Notes: a model not told the origin generated them from the letters alone. 64,000 bases of DNA from Escherichia coli (GCF_003334815.1 NZ_QOWO01000016.1), one strand, 5' to 3'; shown: positions 18,815-25,059, counted from the first letter of the stretch. Program-made: numbers and translations.

Positions 18815-18849
18815 GTTCAGAAGAAACCTTCATAATAGAAGAGGTATAA

Positions 18850-19104
18850 ATGGGTAAGATTATTCGGTGGATGCTTTTTTTTGTCGGATTATTTTCCGTT
18901 GCATATTCAATATATAAATATCAACAATCTCCGCAGAGTTTATTTTACATAATCGGTGCTATAGGAACACTTTTATCTGCTACATGTGGTTTACTTGAGA
19001 TAAAAAGCAAGAAATCGAATGGCAGTATAACTGCTGGCGACAACTCAAATATCGTTGTCATTAATGGTTCAGAAAACACATCAAAAATAAAAAATAGAGG
19101 GTGA
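18850..19104 (+). CDS. small two-TM membrane protein with polar GDNSN-motif tail (unknown function)
   Basis: 84-aa ORF with GAAGAGG SD 6 nt upstream. Hydrophobic helices at about residues 6-22 and 31-50. Very AT-rich codon usage. Its stop overlaps the next gene's start region. Confidence 0.65.
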   Translation: MGKIIRWMLFFVGLFSVAYSIYKYQQSPQSLFYIIGAIGTLLSATCGLLEIKSKKSNGSITAGDNSNIVVINGSENTSKIKNRG

Positions 19105-19106
19105 TT

Positions 19107-20042
19107 ATGTTTGATAAAGAGGTTAACTTAGGAGACAACTCAAACGTAGTAAAAACAGAAGGGAATAACAACACAACAATAATAAATAATTTTGATGAGA
19201 AGTTTATAGGTCACGTTGTAAGATCCATGCTTTATGAAAGTATGCCTTCCTTTCAAGAAGAAGCTAGAAAAAAGATAATTGCGTCAACTGATGAATACAT
19301 TAGAGAGCTAATATCTGAGTTAGTAATTCAAAAAACAGATGCAGATACATTAAACCAAAAACTATCAACGCCTGACGTTCAATACTCTCTTTTTGAATCA
19401 GCTAAATGTTTTGCAAAAAATCCAGAAAGAACAGCAAAATCAACTCTGTTAAATTTAGTTGTAAAAAAAATAAATGAATTGGATGGAGATCATGAAGAGC
19501 TTTCCTCTATCGATCTGGCAATAAACGTCGCTACAAAACTTAGCGTAAAGCAAATAAGGTATATATCTTTAATATACTATATTAAAGATATTGTAAAAAT
19601 ATCACAAGATAGTGCCGGCGCTTATTGCATAATAGATCCTTCAAAAGATACAACAGAAGAAGTTGACGATTTCTTTTTATTCCCAAATGATATAAAAAGG
19701 AACAAGCAGGATGTTTATGATCTTTATATCGATCTATATAACAATCAAATGGATGTTGTATTTAAAGATGAAGAGATTGGCCCAGTTGATTATAGTATGC
19801 TTATAGCATTGGGTTGTATCATTCAACCTGCATTCCCTCAGCGAACATTTGTACAAAATGTAAAGAAAAGAACAGGATTAGATTTAAACGACAGCGAACA
19901 AAAATTAAAGCTATCGACATTCATTGAGAAAATAGAAAAAGCTATAGAGATAGATTCTGTCGATTATATAGTATTAACTACGGTTGGTAGACAAATAGCT
20001 AACGCCTATATATCAACAAGAATGAGATTAGTTAACTTATAA
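19107..20042 (+). CDS. hypothetical soluble protein (~311 aa) with N-terminal GDNSN-motif; possible LPO_1073/Vpar_1526-like family (unverified recollection)
   Basis: Long ORF (track 19101..20042, GTG). I prefer ATG 19107 with AGAGGG SD 6 nt upstream. No TM segment. Followed by a strong terminator. Confidence 0.75.
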   Translation: MFDKEVNLGDNSNVVKTEGNNNTTIINNFDEKFIGHVVRSMLYESMPSFQEEARKKIIASTDEYIRELISELVIQKTDADTLNQKLSTPDVQYSLFESAKCFAKNPERTAKSTLLNLVVKKINELDGDHEELSSIDLAINVATKLSVKQIRYISLIYYIKDIVKISQDSAGAYCIIDPSKDTTEEVDDFFLFPNDIKRNKQDVYDLYIDLYNNQMDVVFKDEEIGPVDYSMLIALGCIIQPAFPQRTFVQNVKKRTGLDLNDSEQKLKLSTFIEKIEKAIEIDSVDYIVLTTVGRQIANAYISTRMRLVNL

Positions 20043-20063
20043 ATATCTCATATTTCTTCATCC

Positions 20064-20100
20064 AAGGTGGTGGCTTCATCATCCACCGCCTTCTTTTCTG
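20064..20100 (+). terminator. rho-independent terminator of the AT-rich cassette
   Basis: AAGGTGGTGG-cttcatcat-CCACCGCCTT (10-bp stem with one G-U pair) followed by CTTTTCTG, 22 nt after the stop codon. Confidence 0.6.
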
Positions 20101-20103
20101 CTC

Positions 20104-20250
20104 TTAAGAGTAGTGAACAAACCACTCGTCAGCAAACTCCCAAGTATCTTTCAGAGTCTCCTGAACAAAAGCCTTAGCAGAATCCTTATCTGCGGTGTAC
20201 GTAACAGGAAAATCATCGCTATGGTAGCTTTGACGCTCACCCCCATACCA
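20104..20250 (-). pseudogene. truncated DinI-like gene remnant (C-terminal ~45 codons, no start)
   Basis: Minus-strand translation is ...[37 protein letters not shown], which parallels the C-terminus of the intact gene at 21881-22129 (...[33 protein letters not shown]). There is no in-frame ATG, and an upstream in-frame stop lies at 20266-20268. Confidence 0.7.
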
Positions 20251-20401
20251 TAAAATATCAAGAGATTACGACTCATTTCCCCATGACTCTTCACCAACCA
20301 ACAGTTCTATCAACATAAGATGTAAACTCATAAACTAAGCAAGATAAAAAAATTAACAGAATTTTGTTGATTTCATGTCTGTGGAGTGTTAACTTAAAAT
20401 G

Positions 20402-20423
20402 AGACCTGAAGTACTGAAGGTCT
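20402..20423. promoter_or_regulatory. 22-bp imperfect dyad in the 5' leader of the XRE gene (candidate operator)
   Basis: AGACCTGAAGTACTGAAGGTCT has 18/22 positions dyad-symmetric around AGTACT. It lies 22 nt upstream of ATG 20446. Confidence 0.35.
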
Positions 20424-20445
20424 TTGACACACTGGAGAAGCAACT

Positions 20446-20805
20446 ATGTTAACGCCGTTTGGTAAGACAGTAAGAAAAATGCGCATAGACTTGGGGCTTA
20501 CGCTTAAAAGCATGGCTGAGGCTATGGGCATGACCTCGTCTTATCTTTCAGCGATCGAAACTGGTAAAAGGGCGGTCACTAAGCCCGTGCTTGATAGCAT
20601 CATTAGCTATTTTAATGCGGATGAAAAACAAAAAGAAAAGCTTATCAGTGCAGCTCGTGACTCTCAGCAGTCAGTAGAGATCAGCTTGTCAGGTAAGAAT
20701 GGCCACGCTCGTGAAGTCGCAATTGCGTTCGCTCGTAGTTTTGATGAATTAAATGAAGAAGACTTCCGTAATTTACGACAGATTTTGAATCGAAAACAGC
20801 AGTAG
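20446..20805 (+). CDS. XRE-family helix-turn-helix transcriptional regulator
   Basis: 119 aa. The N-terminus FGKTVRKMRIDLGLTLKSMAEAMGMTSSYLSAIETGKRAVT is a classic Cro/C1 HTH. GGAGAAG SD upstream. Confidence 0.85.
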   Translation: MLTPFGKTVRKMRIDLGLTLKSMAEAMGMTSSYLSAIETGKRAVTKPVLDSIISYFNADEKQKEKLISAARDSQQSVEISLSGKNGHAREVAIAFARSFDELNEEDFRNLRQILNRKQQ

Positions 20806-20813
20806 GAGGCGGC

Positions 20814-21335
20814 TTGAGCGGACAAGATTATCGTGTACCTCCGCAGAATCGTGAATCAATACGTTCTATCGTCACATCTCTGCGGAGCGCATTTGGTATT
20901 ACTGGGCTTAAATTCCCTGTAATGGAGGTAATTGAGTTCGCATTGCCTCAGTTGATCCCGGATTTTGAGTTCCACATTGGTGGCATGAAAGAAATGGGAG
21001 AAACGCATGGTCTTACGTACCCACAGGAACATTTATTGATTCTGCGCGAAGACATTTACGAAGGCGCTTTGAATGGGGTAGGGCGAGATAGGATGACTGC
21101 CGCGCATGAATTGGGTCATCTTCTTATGCACAGGAACATCGCATTTGCTCGTTCTGCCCCAGGGGTAAAAATCCGCCCTTTTGAGAGTAGTGAATGGCAA
21201 GCTAAATGTTTTAGTGGTGAGTTATTAGTGCCGGCTATGCATGTCAGTATTTTAAAAGGTATGACGGCTGAGGATGTTGCTAAGGCATGCGGAGTTTCAT
21301 TAGTGGCAGCGCGTTATCAGCTAGACAGAATGTAA
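20814..21335 (+). CDS. ImmA/IrrE-family zinc metallopeptidase (COG2856-type, HEXXH)
   Basis: 173 aa. Contains ...MTAAHELGHLLMH... (HEXXH) plus a downstream E (FSGELLVP). TTG start at 20814 with AGGAGG at 20804-20809, which overlaps the XRE stop and implies coupling. Confidence 0.82.
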   Translation: MSGQDYRVPPQNRESIRSIVTSLRSAFGITGLKFPVMEVIEFALPQLIPDFEFHIGGMKEMGETHGLTYPQEHLLILREDIYEGALNGVGRDRMTAAHELGHLLMHRNIAFARSAPGVKIRPFESSEWQAKCFSGELLVPAMHVSILKGMTAEDVAKACGVSLVAARYQLDRM

Positions 21336-21492
21336 AAACCCCTTGCTTGGCGCCAACCAGTGCAAGGGGCTTTAGGTGATGAATCCAAGAGGCATCACCA
21401 CCGTGAACAGCTTCGATAGACAGCCTGAAATTAACACCTTCAGGGAAGATGTTCAAGGGAAAAATCTCTCTTGGTAAGGAGGTGTTTTATGA

Positions 21493-21642
21493 ATGGGTTT
21501 GAAATCAATTGCTTCAAAAGCGGCGCCCAAAGGGTTCCGTTGGGTTTTCTGCCGTTACCGCAAGGTGCGTGGGAAATCAAAAAAAGTCCTTGATGCTCAT
21601 GATTACGGGTACGAGGCGTGGGCATTTTTAGTGCGCTGCTAA
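21493..21642 (+). CDS. untracked small basic protein (49 aa), unknown function
   Basis: My translation: MGLKSIASKAAPKGFRWVFCRYRKVRGKSKKVLDAHDYGYEAWAFLVRC* (12 K/R vs 3 D/E). AAGGAGG at 21476-21482. Stop is 13 nt before a strong terminator. An alternative ATG at 21489 gives a 34-aa ORF in another frame. Confidence 0.45.
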   Translation: MGLKSIASKAAPKGFRWVFCRYRKVRGKSKKVLDAHDYGYEAWAFLVRC

Positions 21643-21654
21643 GGGTTAGTATTT

Positions 21655-21678
21655 AAGGCACCTGCGGGTGCCTTTTTT
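21655..21678 (+). terminator. rho-independent terminator
   Basis: AAGGCACC-tgcg-GGTGCCTT followed by TTTTT. Confidence 0.72.
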
Positions 21679-21773
21679 GTATCCTCTGACCCGATTGGTG
21701 TCTTGCTGAGCCTGATAACTACCAATTTTTGTTATTACTATTCTACTATCGCTCAATCATGATTGGCGGGAGT

Positions 21774-21875
21774 TGAAACCGCAGGCACGTCGTATGCAAG
21801 AACGTGCTGCGGCTGGCTGGTGAACTTCCGATAGTGCGAGTATTGAATGATTTCCAGCCGTTACAGATTTTACGT
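21774..21875. repeat. 102-bp direct repeat, copy R2 (ends 5 nt before the DinI-like gene stop)
   Basis: TGAAACCGCAGGCACGTCGTATGCAAGAACGTGCTGCGG...GATTTTACGT. See R1. Confidence 0.85.
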
Positions 21876-21880
21876 GCTAA

Positions 21881-22129
21881 TTAGTGAACAAACCACTCGT
21901 CAGCAGACTCCCAGGTATCTTTCAGAGTTTCCTGAACAAAAGTTTTAGCTGAATCTTTATCGGCGGTGCGCGTAACAGAAAGGCCATCGTTGCTGGTGGC
22001 TTTTACGATCACCTCTACATCGTCATAACGCTTACTGATGCGTCGAGTTAATTCTTCCTTTAACGCATCCACAGCACCGTTTGGCATTTTAGTCATTTTC
22101 TCTTTAGCTATGCAGATCTCAATACGCAT
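21881..22129 (-). CDS. DinI-family DNA-damage-inducible protein (prophage-encoded)
   Basis: 82 aa, [11 protein letters not shown]...[16 protein letters not shown]. Same length class and C-terminal motif as E. coli DinI. Two LexA boxes lie immediately upstream. Confidence 0.88.
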   Translation of the reverse strand: MRIEICIAKEKMTKMPNGAVDALKEELTRRISKRYDDVEVIVKATSNDGLSVTRTADKDSAKTFVQETLKDTWESADEWFVH

Positions 22130-22142
22130 AAAAATCCCTCTA

Positions 22143-22162
22143 CACTGTGTTTGTATACAGTG
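22143..22162. promoter_or_regulatory. LexA (SOS) box 1
   Basis: CACTGTGTTTGTATACAGTG fits CTGT-N8-ACAG. It lies 14 nt upstream of the DinI-like start codon. Confidence 0.72.
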
Positions 22163-22170
22163 TTATTTTT

Positions 22171-22190
22171 AACTGTATAAATAAACAGTG
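22171..22190. promoter_or_regulatory. LexA (SOS) box 2
   Basis: AACTGTATAAATAAACAGTG fits CTGT-N8-ACAG. It lies 8 nt from box 1. Confidence 0.72.
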
Positions 22191-22348
22191 TCAATGGAAC
22201 AAAGATTGCTGCATGTACAAATGTTCTTTGGCTACAAATACACCTACTGATCATGTTCTGCTATGCTCTGATACCTCCAAAATGTACAATCAGCGGCATG
22301 AATTTTTCTTTGTACATATGATTGTACATAATTAAAGAGACAACAATT

Positions 22349-23935
22349 ATGACAAGCCTTTTGGCCGCAGAGGTAGCGAAAAGAAGAACCTTTGCAATTA
22401 TTTCTCACCCGGACGCCGGTAAAACTACCATCACCGAGAAGGTGCTGCTGTTCGGACAGGCCATTCAGACCGCCGGTACAGTAAAAGGCCGTGGCTCTAA
22501 CCAGCACGCTAAGTCGGACTGGATGGAGATGGAAAAGCAGCGTGGGATCTCCATTACCACGTCTGTGATGCAGTTTCCGTATCACGACTGCCTGGTTAAC
22601 CTGCTCGACACCCCGGGGCACGAAGACTTCTCGGAAGATACCTATCGTACCCTGACGGCGGTGGACTGCTGCCTGATGGTTATCGACGCTGCAAAAGGTG
22701 TTGAAGATCGTACCCGCAAGCTGATGGAAGTTACCCGTCTGCGCGACACGCCGATCCTCACCTTTATGAACAAACTTGACCGTGATATCCGCGACCCGAT
22801 GGAGCTGCTCGATGAAGTTGAGAACGAGCTGAAAATCGGCTGTGCACCGATCACCTGGCCGATTGGCTGCGGCAAGCTGTTTAAAGGCGTTTACCACCTT
22901 TATAAAGATGAAACCTATCTCTATCAGAGCGGTAAAGGCCACACCATTCAGGAAGTCCGCATTGTTAAAGGGCTGAATAACCCGGATCTCGACGCTGCGG
23001 TTGGTGAAGATCTGGCGCAGCAGCTGCGTGATGAACTGGAGCTGGTGAAAGGCGCGTCTAACGAGTTCGACAAAGAATTGTTCCTTGCGGGCGAAATCAC
23101 TCCGGTATTCTTCGGTACTGCGCTGGGTAACTTCGGCGTTGATCATATGCTGGATGGCCTGGTGGAGTGGGCACCTGCGCCGATGCCGCGTCAGACTGAT
23201 ACCCGTACTGTAGAAGCGAGCGAAGACAAATTTACCGGCTTCGTATTTAAAATTCAGGCCAACATGGACCCGAAACACCGTGACCGCGTGGCGTTTATGC
23301 GCGTGGTATCCGGTAAATATGAAAAAGGCATGAAGCTGCGCCAGGTGCGCACTGCGAAAGATGTGGTGATCTCCGACGCGCTGACCTTTATGGCGGGCGA
23401 CCGTTCGCACGTTGAAGAAGCGTATCCGGGCGATATCCTCGGCCTGCATAACCACGGCACTATTCAGATCGGCGACACCTTTACCCAGGGTGAGATGATG
23501 AAGTTCACTGGTATTCCGAACTTCGCGCCGGAACTGTTCCGTCGTATCCGCCTGAAAGATCCGCTGAAGCAAAAACAGCTGCTCAAAGGGCTGGTACAGC
23601 TTTCCGAAGAGGGCGCGGTGCAGGTGTTCCGTCCGATCTCCAACAACGACCTGATCGTTGGTGCAGTTGGTGTGCTGCAGTTTGATGTGGTGGTATCGCG
23701 CCTGAAGAGCGAATACAACGTTGAAGCAGTGTATGAGTCAGTCAACGTTGCCACTGCCCGCTGGGTAGAATGTGCGGACGCGAAGAAATTCGAAGAGTTC
23801 AAGCGTAAGAACGAAAGCCAACTGGCGCTTGATGGCGGCGATAACCTCGCTTACATCGCTACCAGCATGGTAAACCTGCGCCTGGCGCAGGAACGTTATC
23901 CGGACGTTCAGTTCCACCAGACCCGCGAGCATTAA
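22349..23935 (+). CDS. prfC: peptide chain release factor 3 (RF3), with altered extreme N-terminus
   Basis: From residue ~9 onward ([20 protein letters not shown]...) it matches K-12 PrfC as I recall. I prefer ATG 22349 ([13 protein letters not shown]...), giving 528 aa. Confidence 0.93.
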
Positions 23936-23945
23936 TTCTTGCCTC

Positions 23946-23971
23946 CAGGGCGCGGTAGCCGCTGCGCCCTG
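23946..23971 (+). terminator. stem-loop after prfC (candidate terminator)
   Basis: CAGGGCGC-ggtagccgct-GCGCCCTG, 10 nt after the stop. The T-run is poor. Confidence 0.4.
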
Positions 23972-24327
23972 TCAATTTCCCTTCCTTATTAGCCGCTTAC
24001 GGAATGTTCTTAAAACATTCACTTTTGCTTATGTTTTAGCTGATATCCCGAGCGGTTTCAAAATTGTGATCTATATTTAACAAAGTAATGACATTTCTGA
24101 CGGCGTTAAATACCGTTCAATGCGTAGATATCAGTATCTAAAGCCGTCGATTGTCATTCTACCGATATTAATAACTGATTCAGAGGCTGTAATGGTCGTT
24201 ATTCATCACCCATCGCTTTTGTGATGGCGGCCATTGACTTCTGTAGAGGGTGAAGTCTCTCCCTATTCAGCAATGCAACCTCGTGTTGCCAGGCTCAAAT
24301 TATGAGCAAACATACAGGAATAAATCG

Positions 24328-24933
24328 ATGACTATGACAAGACTGAAGATTTCGAAAACTCTGCTGGCTGTAATGTTGACCTCTGCCGTCGCGACCGGCT
24401 CTGCCTACGCGGAAAACAACGCGCAGACTACCAATGAAAGCGCAGGGCAAAAAGTCGATAGCTCTATGAATAAAGTCGGTAATTTCATGGATGACAGCGC
24501 CATCACCGCGAAAGTGAAGGCGGCCCTGGTGGATCATGACAACATCAAGAGCACCGATATCTCTGTCAAAACCGATCAAAAAGTCGTGACCCTGAGCGGT
24601 TTCGTTGAAAGCCAGGCTCAGGCCGAAGAGGCAGTGAAAGTGGCCAAAGGCGTTGAAGGCGTGACCTCTGTCAGCGACAAACTGCACGTTCGCGACGCTA
24701 AAGAAGGCTCTGTGAAGGGCTACGCGGGTGACACCGCCACCACCAGTGAAATCAAAGCCAAACTGCTGGCGGACGATATCGTTCCTTCACGTAAAGTGAA
24801 AGTTGAAACCACCGATGGTGTGGTTCAGCTCTCCGGTACCGTAGATTCTCAGGCACAAAGTGACCGTGCTGAAAGTATCGCCAAAGCGGTAGATGGTGTG
24901 AAAAGCGTTAAAAATGATCTGAAAACTAAGTAA
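24328..24933 (+). CDS. osmY: periplasmic osmotically inducible protein OsmY (two BON domains)
   Basis: [28 protein letters not shown] signal peptide; 201 aa matching K-12 OsmY. The track start at 24250 is an upstream extension. Confidence 0.95.
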   Translation: MTMTRLKISKTLLAVMLTSAVATGSAYAENNAQTTNESAGQKVDSSMNKVGNFMDDSAITAKVKAALVDHDNIKSTDISVKTDQKVVTLSGFVESQAQAEEAVKVAKGVEGVTSVSDKLHVRDAKEGSVKGYAGDTATTSEIKAKLLADDIVPSRKVKVETTDGVVQLSGTVDSQAQSDRAESIAKAVDGVKSVKNDLKTK

Positions 24934-25059
24934 TTCGTCGTAATTCGTCCTCCCGAACTTTGTCGGGAGGCGCGATGTGCACCACACTAAAAATATCGCA
25001 TTGAGTGATTTTCACGCTCATATCAAGCGGTGACATTAACTATGGTAAAGGAGACGCTT

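Noticed and set aside
19081-19110. Idea that the 84-aa and ~311-aa ORFs are one gene split by a frameshift in the A-runs at 19083-19094
   Set aside because: The downstream frame has an in-frame TAG at 19095-19097, just before its start. A single slip in the A-runs therefore cannot fuse them. An SD plus ATG at 19107 supports two coupled genes.
21340-21400. Two short hairpins after the ImmA stop (CCCCTTGC...GCAAGGGG, GGTGATG...CATCACC), considered as a terminator
   Set aside because: No convincing T-run follows either stem. They may reduce read-through into the small ORF, but I cannot support a terminator call.
21440-21625. 61-aa minus-strand ORF listed in the track
   Set aside because: It has no SD and an implausible sequence. 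The plus strand here has a consensus SD, a 49-aa ORF and a terminator in the correct orientation, which explains the region better.
18591-22348. Search for a tRNA/tmRNA gene as the prophage attachment site near the right end
   Set aside because: I could find no cloverleaf-like sequence or conserved T-loop/CCA context. The junction evidence instead points to integration within the prfC 5' coding region.
22244-23572. 442-aa minus-strand ORF antisense to prfC
   Set aside because: It lies entirely inside the well-supported prfC frame, and its translation is low-complexity and His/Arg/Phe-rich with no recognisable family. This is a typical shadow ORF of a GC-balanced gene.
24250-24327. Upstream extensions of host ORFs in the track: osmY 24250, yjjU 25307, deoC 30230, deoD 33797, serB 37728, radA 38835, nadR 40265, slt 43674, talB 62745, yjtD 53839, yjjI to 30124
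   Set aside because: The internal starts reproduce the known K-12 protein N-termini and lengths and have better SD context. The extensions are simply open upstream frames.
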